Assembly: GCA_030141605.1 (NCBI GenBank)
Contig: JAQGDQ010000335.1
Span: 62,001-126,000, forward strand
Length of the DNA stretch: 64,000 nt
Direction of reading: 5' to 3'
Source of the DNA: Tubiluchus corallicola
Taxonomy: Eukaryota > Animalia > Priapulida
The translations under genes and the position numbers were made by a program. The notes beneath the pieces are model-generated. The model did not search any database. It was not told the DNA's origin and saw only the letters and a program-made list of their open reading frames with translations. Shown in pieces: positions 16,001-29,893 of this stretch; positions within the stretch are counted from its first letter, which is position 1; every line of letters begins with the position of its first letter.

Positions 16001-18070
16001 AATAAGTTCAGCCAAACTGAATGCACTTGATATGGCTTCATCAAAAATGAACATTGCCAGATTTTTACTGGAGATATTGATATCACTAATGCTGATGAGG
16101 CTTTTTTGAGACAGCAAATGAGTATTTCAAAAAATACCTACTGGAAAACAAAACAGCTAATCTTGCAGTTGTCTTCTGATGAAGTCATGAACTTTTTGAT
16201 CGTGCAGGTGTTGTTTTCAATTTAGTTTAAGAACAAAGATAGTGTAATTTGAGAACAACCATGCAAAACTTTTACCTTGAGTAAGAGTAAGGTAACATTT
16301 ATCTGTGAGCGGTGTGTGTACAAGCTTAGGAGCATTACCCTGATACTCATACGTGTACTCAAACTGAGCACCTACCATGTGAACCATTGCAGTTCCATCT
16401 TGGCGCAGTGAATACCTAGAGTAGAAAAAAGTAGAAAGCAGTTGTATTTATTGTTTTGTCAAGCGAATTTATATAATCACTACTATCACTACTACTACAT
16501 CACAAATAAAACACTCACTATGTTCTTTAAAAAGATTTAACTAAAGTCAGTTGAAAGGGATACTATTCTTTTAACTCATACTATTCTTTTAACTAACATT
16601 ATTTCTAAGTAATAATTAGCACATCTAACTACAGCAATAGAATACAGTATAGAAATAGGTGTATAACAAACATTCGTAAAATTAATAAATTTATAAAGTT
16701 AATAAATAATCACTACGAAAGGCTTATGCACGCAATGCAACAAATTGTGTGCCATCACACAGCTAGGATTCCTGATTAGATATCTTGTTATGAACAAATA
16801 CAAAACACAAAAATGTTGCAACTACTTAGATCGTATAGACAAATCATTAAAAAACTTTTTGTGTTAACTTAATACCTTAACTGTTTCTGCCATAACCAAT
16901 CATCAACCTGTCGCACCTGTCCTTTGATCAATACATCAATCACCTCTATGGAATGGATGGTGTCAAGAATTAAGGCCTTCAGTTTAAGTTCTAGTACGCG
17001 GCTAGCCTGGTCACCATTCATAGTGACAGATGTGTACGATTCCAACTGACGACTCATCTCAGTATGCAGCTGCTTGAGGCCATTTGACCTGCACAATGCA
17101 TAAACAGCTCGATATTAAAAAATACATATCATGTACCTTATTATTGCAATTGATGCCACAGAAAATGGTCAAGAACTATATTGAAATTTTAGTTGTTAGA
17201 TGGTCCACCTTAACAGAATTAACAGCAATCAATTTTTTTTGGTATGATTAAAATAAGTTCCAGAAGAATTCTTAAAATTAATATTTAAGATAGAAAAAAG
17301 ATCTCCATTTACAATCTCTAAAAAGCCTCCGATTTCCAAATCTCTACTAGATTGTATTGCTCATGTGCCAATGCCAAAATGCTTCTATTATTTCCAGAAA
17401 AAATTACAGTTAAACATATTTAACTTGGACATAGCAACACTAACAAAAGTATCTCACAAATAATCAAAATACAATAAACAATTAATTTTTTTGGTTGTAA
17501 TTTTAAAATGCTCAACTTGGTAATAATGCAGTAATCTTAAACTCAAGAGTGCACAGTGGCAAAACAGAGAGGTACTGTTTCCCTGCAAGTGCTAATTGGA
17601 TTACCTGATAGCTGCTTCGCATTGCTCGGAAAACTGTATCTGATCAGCTAAACAGAGTATCTGGGATGGAAATCTTGTCGGATCCAACTGACCTTTTCCA
17701 CTTCGCAAGCATTCCTTAAGTAACTCTTTTAGCGTGTGTTTCATCTCCATTGACAGCTGAGCCAGCCATGCCTAAACAAAATAGGAAATAAGATAAAATA
17801 ACAAAGTTCTTTGTTTTCAGAAATCCTTATGTAGCATTTAATAATTACTTAATTATGGTAGTTAAATGGTTATAAGTCACTTTGCTAAGAGCTAATTTTC
17901 AGAATAATTTCAATAAACTAAACAGCAGATGGTGAAGTTTTTTAAGAAGGTCACATGTCCAATCTAAGTCATCAAATAAGCTCAGTTTATTTTTTAAAAA
18001 GTGCCCCAGATTAGAAACTAACCCTTATCCCATTCAGGCTATTCATAATTTTGGATTACTTACATAAAGC

Positions 18071-18125
<55 letters not shown>

Positions 18126-18133
18126 TTAATAAT

Positions 18134-18201
<68 letters not shown>

Positions 18202-21200
18202 TAATAATACTAATAAATAACATAAATAACATAATAAATATTATGTAAAGTAAATTATGTTAAAAAATAAGTATTTGCTAAGCATTAATCATAATTCAGA
18301 TTTTTATTACTAGACAGGTTCATCAAAAACGAATACCTCTACTTCTGGCACAACTTGCACTTTATGTTTCAGTGGCACTATTTCTCCTTCTAGTGACTTC
18401 ATAGCTGTAATATACTTGAAATCCTTGTCAAACTCTACACTATGAATTCCAGCAAAAAGTTTCTTCAAGTGGGCTTGTATTACACTTGGATTCGTTGATT
18501 GCCCGAGTATGATCAGTAAATCATCATCGCCAATGAAATAAAAACGTGGAAATTTTGATCGTTTTTCCTATCAAAAGAAAGTAAAAAATGCATTGAAATT
18601 CTAAAAAACTTCGGTCCCTATAATATGCCTACACATAATGACATATATCTCGAGGTCAGTCTTGGTTTTCACAGAGTTGGCTGTTTCTAAGTCAGTTTTT
18701 ACAAGTCTTGACATTGTGGGTGCCAATTTTTGATGGTACTGATTTCAATTTGGTTCTGCTCACACAGATACTGGACTTGATTTCCATCTTGAAGTCTTGT
18801 CTTAAAATTTAATCTATTTTACACAAATATAGTTAATTTTAATTTTAACTGAATAACTTAGGACTATAGGAATAGCTTTGGACTTGAACTTGGTCACTAT
18901 ATAACCACTTAAGTGTTTACAAGACAAAAAAACAACTGTTTTTAAAACTACATAAGCTTCTACTTGCTCAATTAGTATCATGAGCAGATTGCAATATTGT
19001 GTTGGAAACACTTAATCAGCATATTATGGCAAAAAAAGGAAGAATTTTAAGCTATTACTTCCTCAAGATGGTAAATCATGAATATAGTAAAACCCTGGAA
19101 TTTGCAATAATGCTGATGTTTCAAATGTAGATTTTCAAATTAGATTTTTTTGTAATCACCTCTAATAGCTCATTTAGAGATTTCTGACATCTCTGCAACT
19201 GGTCCAGCATAGTGGTAAGACTCTTTCGTAAACCAGTCCTCTCACACAACACACGTACTCTTTTATCTCGGGAAACATCTTTCATTATAGCACAGAATTC
19301 ATCGTCCACCCATCTGTAAATACAAGTAAACTACAAATGTTAAATGTTGATTTGCATAATAATTAATTTGAATAAAAGCAAGTCATCTTGAAAAATTAGC
19401 CAACTTCATGAAGAAACAAGGGTGTTACGTAATGACAAATGTTTAACAGGCCCAGTGCTGCAAGAATTCGTTGTAGGAAGATAACATACTAAAAGTTGAA
19501 AACAAAATTATTAAACCTTTTAAAAATATGCAAAGAAAAGATTCATTTCTAATTTTAAAGAAAAAAAAACATTCATTCTTAGAAGTCATTTCACTATGCA
19601 TTCCACCATATTTGTTAATCGTACATCATCAATGCCAATGAAGAATTTCAGGATTAACTATTTATAATCTTAATTTCAGTTTATCAAGTAGTGATGGCAC
19701 CAGCCAGATATATTAAAATGCTGAAAGTAAAATGAAAAGAAGTCTGTCTTCAGCTTGAATTTCAGCCAAGACCCTCTTTCAAATTCAAGCTCGATCACGA
19801 CTATTTCACATATGCTTTTCATACGTTTGGTTCAGTTTCAATAATTTAATAATTTCGCATTTGTGCGATCTCGAATACCTGGAAACTGGCATACTAAGAG
19901 ATAAAGCTGTCTGAGATAATTACTTTGTTGTAAAAATAGAAAAAATGCAAAAAAATAACAGAAAAGTGAGATCCAAAAAAACAACAAGTCAAGATCCAAA
20001 AATACAGCATAAAATGCAAAAATGTTTCACTAAATATAAGAAATAGCTGCAGCACACATACTTAAATCTTGTGGCTTCTTTGGGAAATGATCCTCGACCA
20101 AATATAGGCTCGAGATATACCCACTTGCGCTGAATTTCATTTAAATGCTGCAAATACTCTCCCATGTCACCTAGCTTTTTCTCCCAACTCTCATCTTTAA
20201 AGTAAGGTGAATCTTTGAGTGACTGCAGTACCATCTGGTTGTCACCCACCTAATAACAAGTCAACAAATGACCATTAAACATTAAAAATAAAAAAAACTT
20301 ATTTTTACTTGTAAGATGCACAGAACTTACTTTTTGTTATTGTTTCACAATCATACCACCTTAGGAAAGTCAGTTTTTCACTTTCCACTTAAATAGTTCA
20401 CAACATTTTATTGTCAAATCTTAATGGACAGTTCCGTGTCTAATACCTTTAACACAGAAAAATCTTGCAATTAACAAATCAGCTGAGACTCAACAATAGT
20501 CATACCTGTGCAAGAAGATCTTTCCAATCCTTGATAAGACCCATCGTGTTATTTGAACTGTTCTGATAATCAGTTAGTTGAAACTGTACCCCACTGTACC
20601 ATGAGGTCAATTCTCTCATGGCTTCCCTGATAGTCACCTCTGACTGAGCTTTGCGATTTAGTTCCTAATCAAAAAGCAAATACAAATGATCAAATAATTT
20701 TCCTACCGGGTGCCAACTTCAAGACTAGACCATGAGCAAATTATCTTGAAGGACAGTAAGAGAACTTCTTAATGTACCTTGATTTTGTCAACATGCAAAA
20801 CGATGTTGTCAGACACTGCTAAGATATCCCCAAAGGTAAGCTTAGCCAATGTAATTCCACGGGGCATCTCCAGCAGACCAAAAAGCTCATGCCAGTGGTC
20901 GTCCTGCAAGGCATCTCCTCTCAAGTATTTCAGAACTGGCAAAATATCCTAAAAAAATTAAATGCTGAGATAGTTGTTAGAAGATCGCTTAATGACCTTA
21001 TTGACCACACGGGTGTCTACAACTAAAACAATTTAGCTCCAGTAACATCAAAAATATATGCGTATAAAGCCTGCTGTTAAAACTTGCAATTATATAAATT
21101 GCAGGGAAAAGATGAAGAAGTGACATACAAAAAATTTTTTTTGAAAATACAGATTTTTCAGTAGAATAACTGACTCTTGATAATTTGTTGGAAAATATTT

Positions 21201-24200
21201 GTCTAAACAATAATCATAAACATTAAGATAAAGTTAAATGATTATGTAATTCTGCAGTTAATTAGTAGAAGCAGCGCTGCAGCTAAATTCTTTGATTAGA
21301 TCAGCAAATGTAAAATATCACGCACACATCTAGATACTAGATATATATGTATTATCTAATGGGGATTTTCTTTGTATTATTTTAGTGAACCAGAAGATAA
21401 AAAGAAAAATTTCTCTGCTGTTACAGGCAATGTAAGTAACAGCCCAAATATGCACTACTAATATAGTAATGTAATAACCACCACTAAAACCACCAAGAAA
21501 CACCATTACAACTACCAATACCAGTACCACAATTAGAAACACCAACATAAATACCACAAATACACTAATGACACAAACACAATCATTAAAACCACCAACA
21601 CCAATACTACTATTAAAATCACCACACCACCATTAAAACCATAGACATTGTTAAAATCTACCAACACCAGCATTACACGGCCAACATGAACAATGTCATT
21701 GAAGCCATCTACGCCAGCACCAGCATTTAAGACACCAACACCAACATCAGCATTAAAACCACCAACACCAATATGACTTTTAAAATCACCGACACCAACA
21801 TTAAAACTACCCACACCAAAGCTGTTGTTAAAACCAGAGATACCAACACCAGCATTTAATCCACCAACATTAACACCAGCATTAAAACCACCAACATCAA
21901 CATACGGTTTAATACATTTAAATTGTGCTTTGAAATTCTAAATACGTTTGATAATTAACAGGTACATAATTTGGTGTTTTATTTTAATATTTTCTTCATC
22001 TTCTATGTGCTTAAGGATAATCGTGTAGTAACACATTTATTTAATATGGACAGTTACCCCATTTGTATATGTGAGGTACATGTAATTATTATTATGGTCA
22101 ATAAATTAACTAGCTAACTAAGCGAGATACATTTGAATAAGTTAAGCGAGACTTACTGGAAGTTTTCCATGGCTACAGCAAAACACTGCTAGTTAAGTGA
22201 TATTTAGTCAAATAATCGATGCAATGATAACTGAGTTGAAAGTTGGGAATAATAATTGTTGTGATATTGTTAGGAAGGCGATTTTCAGTGCTAAAACTGG
22301 TTAATGATACATAAAAAAGTGCATGATTTCTGAAATGCTTTCATCTTGTAGCTTAAATGCTTTCATCTTGTAGCTTATGCTTTTATTTAATCTTAATTAT
22401 ATTAAATAATTATATTAATCTTATTTAAATACACTTTTTTACAATTATATAAGCCTAGTATCCTTCAAAAGTCTAAAAATAAAACTCACCCTGTATTTAT
22501 CTATCTCTTGTTGCAAATGCAATGTCATTCCAGATGGGCGCTGGTTATCACTGGAGTGCAACTTATCAAACCAATATGTGAGAAACTCTTCAAATCTGTA
22601 TGTTTTTGTTCTAGAAAAATTGAAAAGATAATGCACAAATTCACCACAATAATGAAAAAGTGAAAAGTTATAGTTATTATGATGAAAATGGCCCTTTGGG
22701 AGGCTCTCCTACAACCGAAGAGGTGCCAACATGTTACATAATTTTTAACTCATTTTTAACAAACTTATTTAAATTATTTGTTTTGCAAACTCTATTACAT
22801 GTTGTCATAGAGCCCAATAAATCACAATATTTGGCACATAAAGAAATTTGATCAATTTAGCAGTCATTACTTATACTATGCTAAACCGTGCTTCACTATG
22901 ATTTTAAAAAAGTCACACCAACTTCGAACACAAGATTTGATAGAAGATAACACCAAAATATGGAAACTGCGACAAGTAACAAAACTTTTACTGCGCACCA
23001 GTTGGCACCGGACTGTCGGCACAGTTAAGCTTGCCCTTAAGGCACAGCAGGAGAACTATGGAAGAAAAAGTACACAGAGCTGTCTTTAACCCTAAATTAT
23101 ATGAGCAGCACTAAGCACATTTAAAAGTTTTCGCATACTTTCACCACTGTTGCATCATAAATGTTTGTAAGGCATCCAGTGGTGAAGGAGTTCTGAAATT
23201 AAATTTTGTGCCACAACAGGTGACTTTTGTCTCTTCACCTACAATACCCTTTGATAACAGCATTGATTTTTACTTTTACTTTCTAGAATGGTTACAACTG
23301 TGATTATGGTACCTGTCACATGTCACAATGAAATTTACTTGTAATTAGAGATCAAAGCAAACTGAAGGTGTTAATAACATTCCTGTCATAATGAAAAAAA
23401 GTAAAAAGCTATTCTTCACTTTTAAAAAATTTTAAAGGAAACATTTGTATCTTTTAAACTAGAAAAAACTTTGCAATTAGAAAAAATAGGATTATTGACT
23501 ATACATACTCAAATGAAGACTGTCGCTAGTGTCTTAAGAAAATAGATTTTACTAGTTAATGTCATTTTATTTCATATTTCAATCTTAGAAAGCAAATTAA
23601 ATTGGCTGATATCCTAGCTCTTCAATTTGCAGTCAAACATTAATGTAAAAATCAGAAGCAGTGTAAGCCACAAAACTCTAGGAGAATACAAAAAACCCTG
23701 AGTGCTGTTGCTGGCAATAAAAAAATCAATACCTAAATGAAATCCAATCTTCTGCAGAAAGTTCCCTCAATCCAGACGTGAACTCCTCAAACTGCCCCCA
23801 ATTATTCTCATAATTCTCCAGATCACTCTTAACTTCATCATACATATCAAATGCTGGGGGATCCAGTCCAAAATGCTCACAGTCAGATCTAAAGTAAATT
23901 CTCTATTAGCTAATCCACTACTCAGAATTGTAGGTATAACGAACAAAATCATTATTTTTGGAAATATGAACAAACATCTAACTAATTTTCCTTTCTAAAC
24001 TATTCCAATGTGTTCAGTGACCTTATATTTCATTCACCATCAAATTTCGACATCAAAGTTAATTATTTTTTACTGAAAAATCCCAAAATTAAGAAAAAGT
24101 ATTTTTATTATTTGGAATTTGCAAAATTAAGACAGAATTAAGAATTAATTAATTAAGAACAAAATCTTAATTAACAATTTTAGGCAGTTTAAAGTTCATC

Positions 24201-27200
24201 CCTTATAACTGGACAACAATTTATATTCATTCAAGTATGTGCTTCTCTAGCTTACGATTATAAATTATTTGCAAACTAGTTAATGTAACATGACTTATTT
24301 ATCTAAATAAAGTACAACACTTGTGATGTTCAAAGTAGATCCACCTTTCCAAAATATTTTATAGAACTACTCTAGTAAGGGGTAAAGTCAAAAAGACTTA
24401 GCAACAGCTTGTTAAGCAAGAAATACACTAAAAAGCAAGAAATACATTGCTTGGCAACCTGGGCTCCAGTTCTTGCAAGAGAATCATACAGTACTCCTTC
24501 CTGACAGACTAGGTACTTGTGTTCAATTTTCTTTACAAAAGCACCTGGCAAATTTGCCATGAAACACAGGTGTTTTTAGTTTGACGTATTAATTCAGAAC
24601 AGCTACAAATTTTTTGCTACAGAACCGTAACATACGCAATACTGTCACGAGTTGCTTGCAGCTCACTAAACTCTAGTCGTTTGTCTTTAACAAACTCCAG
24701 TGCTTTGGCTGCCTTATGTTGGTCACCATCCAGTGTCTCTTCTTTGGGTTTCAACTGATGCCACCTGGCAGCAAACTTTTCCATTGACTGCCGAAATGTC
24801 TCAATGCGAGATTCTGTATTGCTCTTTAGTACTTCTACCTATAATACCGTGTTATCGTCACTGTTTCTTATAAAGCGACACAATGAAAAAGATAATGCTA
24901 CTGGTAAGGTGAACATTAATATTATAACTTTAACTTCAAAAACATAATCATTGAGCACATCTGATCAAATGTTTTTAGAAAATGCGATAAAAATGAACAA
25001 ATCCTAATGTGTAAACTTTCACAACACTTTGGAATGAACATAATATTTGGACATCAAATAAAATGCGAAGGTTAAAGACTGGTGGCGTGTCCCTTTTAAA
25101 GAAGTTAATTAATAATAATATTTTACCAGTAATCTTGATATTATGATTATAGTAATCAATTAATTATGTCCTGAGGATCAAGGCAGGTTTACTGGTATCT
25201 GTCAACAGACTTCTGAGCTAATAAGTTTTTTTTAAATCTGAACTTGTTAAAAAACCAAAGTAATTATATCTCTCTTCAAATGATTATCATACCCTCTGAT
25301 ACCTATCTACCTAGGGCCCGGTAATGCAAATTATGTGTTACAAGGTTTACACACTTGTTCTCGTATCATCAACTCGTGACTTTCAAGCATCAGCTCAAAC
25401 TTGTCCCATCGAGCACGAAGACTGTCCATCTCCATTACTCCTCCTCCAGCAACCTTTCTCAGCAGCAGATTCCTAGCATCTGCTTTCTCAAACAATGGTT
25501 TGATCTGTAAGCACAACAATTACCTTTTACTTAATGCTTCAACACATAATTTAAATATAGCAAATTATATTCTCTTTTAATTAAAAACAATTGACCCTGA
25601 CCTCTGGCTTTTTATGAAGATACTCGGAATGTTTTTTATGTGCCTCACCAACTTCCTCCACATTTTGTGGTCGCTGTGACAGCACATCAGTTGCCTCGGT
25701 AACAAAGTTGTCTATCTGATTGATGCTGGAATTAATGGCAGATCGTAGTGAGGACACCAATGCATCAAACAGTCGGTGAATATGATCGTCAATAGTGGCT
25801 TTGACGGGTAAGGTGCTAACAGTGATGCAGTCCACTTTGATTGTTCTTAAAAAGGAAACCATAAACCATTAAGGAGATAAGCATAGTAGTGGTGCAATGT
25901 ATATATAAATATACACATATATATAAAAAGCAAAAAAATAAATTTATGCGATGCTGATAACAAATAAAAGGCGCGTTACAAACTTTACTAACTCGCAAGC
26001 TTTACTTAATTCCACACTCAACTTTGACATTCACACACATCGGTTTTCTAAACGCGTGTGTTAGAAAAATGATGGCAGCCACTGCACTAACTAGCAAGTA
26101 TAATTAACACGTATTAAACTACTTTGGTAACTTACCAGTATATAATGGTCCTAGCACAAAGCATAAAACTGTTAAATAACTCATAAATTGTAGGTACAAA
26201 TATAAATTACATTTGATTATCTTTTATTTACCTAAAACTTACACGTGTATAACATTAAATTAGCATTTCTATCCAGAAATTACAATTATTTTCTTAGATA
26301 CTTTAATTGCAATTTATAGATTATTTAAACACAACTTACAAGTCTTTTTTAATAACTGCAAAATCAGAATTTGTGTATACTTGGTTTGAATAAATGGTAA
26401 TGCAGGAACTGCAATCAGTCACATGACGTCTGCACTCATACAGTTGTTAAAAAAAAAATTGAGGAAACAAAAAGAAGCATTTCAGTTCTGAAAATTGTAA
26501 CTTATTGCTTTTAGTAAAACGATTAGTTACTAAACACATATCGGCTACGTGTGAAAATTTGACAGAGGTGAAGTGATACAAATGAAAGCTAGAGATTCAA
26601 CCTTTCCGAGCAATAGGTTTATCTTATACACTTACAACATTGCTGTTCACAAGTTTTCACATGTTGTGCTTATGATACACCATCTTCTACAATAAGCGCA
26701 GTGCAGAAAACAATATAAAGCATTTTAAAGTACTGTTGCGTCACTCTGGCTATAGTTTAAGAACAAGAATGATTGGATCAGGCAATTTTATTGTAAATTA
26801 TATATACCACCAAACTGATGAGCAATTTTGTAGTAGTACATTTAGAAGATGGCATGATTTATTGCTGTAACTGCTGGCTTTTTAACTGTTGCTTTGTATT
26901 TTTAATTTCTGTGTATGCCTTTATTATATTTTTTTAAAATCTTCGTAGTTTTTAATAGTGCATGGTATTTCTTAGCTTTAGTGTAATTTTTTAAACTTTT
27001 ACATGGCATTTTTATGTGATGAAATAAAATATAGAAAATAAATAAAAAATCTGAAACTTTCATGATCAGCTAAGTACAATGTAGACCTACCTAAGGCTAC
27101 ATTTCAAATATGTAACTTAGACTTTGGGAAGTCATGCTACTAAATAATTCAAATCTAGAAATCAATACATATACACATTTACATACAATGGCAACTTGTC

Positions 27201-29860
27201 AGCATCTCTTCCTTTTATTTTCAAGGCTTTAAAATTTCTTTCCCAATCTCCAACTTCTTTTACATGCTCCTCTATAACTTTGTCAATATCCACTTTGCCC
27301 AGTGCCACCCATGGCTAAAACACAAAACCTTTAAGGGGAAAATCAATATAAAAGTAAAAATTTAAAAGCACTAAGAAAATATAATCAAATTATTTAAAGA
27401 AAATTAAAAATAATAGTGAAACTGTAAAAAACAGTGTAAACATTATATGCACAACGGTAAATTCAAGGTAGAGTAATGAAGTGAAAAATCTAGTTGCAAC
27501 AATGAAAAAAGCACTAAAATATACCTTAAACAAAGCTTGCGACTCTTCAAGCCTGGTGAAAATAAACTCTGCTTTCTTGTAAACAGTTGCAAAACTGTCC
27601 GCACACCTGTAAGCATGTGAATAATATAACATAACCACTAATAAGATATAGATTCTAAATAACAAATCTAAATAACAACAGCAAATTCATATTTAACATT
27701 CAATAAATAAGGTATTGCATTTGAATTTAATAAGCGCAATAACACACTTAGTGTACACATAGCATTTTTAATAAGCACACTGGGCATTTATACATTCCAG
27801 TCAGAAAAACAAATAAAAATTTGGCAGCAACAGGTGGCAAACCTGTTGTCAATTATGATTCACTGTTTCACTTATTCTTGCTCACCTGTTCACCATGATT
27901 GGAAAAATTGTGGTTTTGTCACCTGAATCCCCAGTGCCTCGAAACTCTATAGGAAAGCAGAGAAATTTCTTCAAGGAGCGGTAATAGCGAGCACGTATCT
28001 CCTCCAAGGGAGGGCGAAACTGCAAACACTGCTTGCTGAAATGCAGAAAGTTAAATGACTATGTGAATGACTAATTACACATTTACACTGAAGAAAAGTG
28101 TTAAAATCTTGAAGAGTAATGAGTATAGCCAGTCACAGCCTAGCATTCTAAGTATCTTGAAAAAGAAATTATAAAAAATTATGAAATCTTCCTTATAAAA
28201 AATCAACTTAGTGGAAGAGTTTTTAACTTACAAATTACGAAAACAATGTGATAAGAAATTCAAAATAATGTAATATGAATATAAGTTTTAAAATTTTAAC
28301 ATTAGCTGCGTATTTGTCAATTTCTAACTATTTATAAGTGAAATAAATTAAGAAGCCTAAAGTTAATCTTGAAACAATGGAACATTTGTGTTAGACAAAT
28401 CATTCAGAAATTATATTTTTTTCCACAAGTGTTAACTTGCGAAATTTGCAGTTATTTATTGAGGAAATTACAACAGTTACAGAAAAGGCAAAATGCTACA
28501 ATAGTGTCTTTGACAAAGTTAACAGAAATATAAACAGAGCATCAAAAACAAAAAGGTTGTTCATTCATGGTGAAAACATGAATAATGCCAAAAAGGGTAG
28601 ACCTATTATCGTACTTGTGCACACTAAGACAAATATATAGGTAAGGTTAAAACTAGGAAATAAATACCTAAAAGTAAGGTCCACTTTCATTTCTGGAAGG
28701 TACTCATTCAGATTCTCAAGAGCCATTTGGTACTGGTGTTCCAAAGCTTTATACAGCTGACGATCCCAGAAAAATTTCCACACATTCATCGCACTACTGG
28801 AAAAACCCTATAAATTTGCACAACAGAATATTATACATGTAATATGGCTATCCAAACAGGTTCCTCACAAATATAATTACTAATTATAATATAACATCAA
28901 GCTTAACTCATTATCATAAAACAAGCCAGAAGCTAAAGCTGTTATATTTGTATAAAATTCTGTAATTTGTAAATTAGTTACATTGAAAATTGGAGAGTAC
29001 CTGTGCTACCAGTCCACCCATTTCTTGTCTTATTTCTGTCAAAGAATCAGCCCATTTGTGCTCCTGCCTCAGCAGATCTAACTCAAATAACTTTATCACC
29101 TGAAAATAACACTGATTAGTTCAACAGCATGTTTATGTTCATAAATAGATAAGAATAATGGTATCAACTGCCATACTAACTGATGATGCACTGTAAATAA
29201 ATGTCATTCTGCTTTAGTCTAGCAGTAAAAATTTTTCAACTTTCTTTAATCTGTAAAAGGTAGCTGACTTGATGACCAAATGGTCCCTCACTACCTTTTC
29301 TCTTACACCCCTGTGATATATTTTCTGACCTCTTCATATATATATATACTGCTTTTGAATTATTTTATGTACATAATTAATTATTCCTTTGACCCTGTAA
29401 ATCTTTTATAACTCAGAAAATGTGAAGTGCAGTACCTTTTGTAGGATGGTATCGTGAGACTTACGCAACTTCGCATTACGGCTTGTTAGGTTAGTAGCTG
29501 ATGCCCGGAGTTTTTTCACATAGTCTTCCAAGTCTTTTGGATTATCCCACGTTACCTATAATAATTATGAATTTAGAAAATGAGAGTACAGTACAAGATG
29601 TTATACATACTATAAGTGAATTATAGCTGCAATGCACATGAGAGAACATTTTTCAGGCAACTGTTACTAAGTTTGATTATGAACTGCTATGTACTTTGCC
29701 CTTAATTTGCTAATCAAATTTATGCATTTCTAAAAATACATTAACTATAAATGAAAACTGTTTTTCGTGTATTACACATGCACAAATCCGTGCAAACTGA
29801 AAATCTAGCGAAATGTGCACACACATGCAAGCGCGCATACCCACACGTGCACACACAAGC

Positions 29861-29893
<33 letters not shown>

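Noticed and set aside
16090-16200. CTGATGA motifs suggesting a hammerhead ribozyme
   Set aside because: No stem II followed by GAAA and no flanking helices.
18051-18248. Poly-Ile ORF
   Set aside because: Translation of an (AAT)n microsatellite in a dynein intron.
21330-21814. Gly/Val-rich repetitive ORFs resembling a structural protein
   Set aside because: Derived from a degenerate minisatellite; frames shift between units and the dynein exons on either side join without it.
22162-22176. Near X-box GTAGCCATGGAAAAC (minus strand)
   Set aside because: Deep in an intron ~17 kb from the start codon; a single imperfect match is expected by chance.
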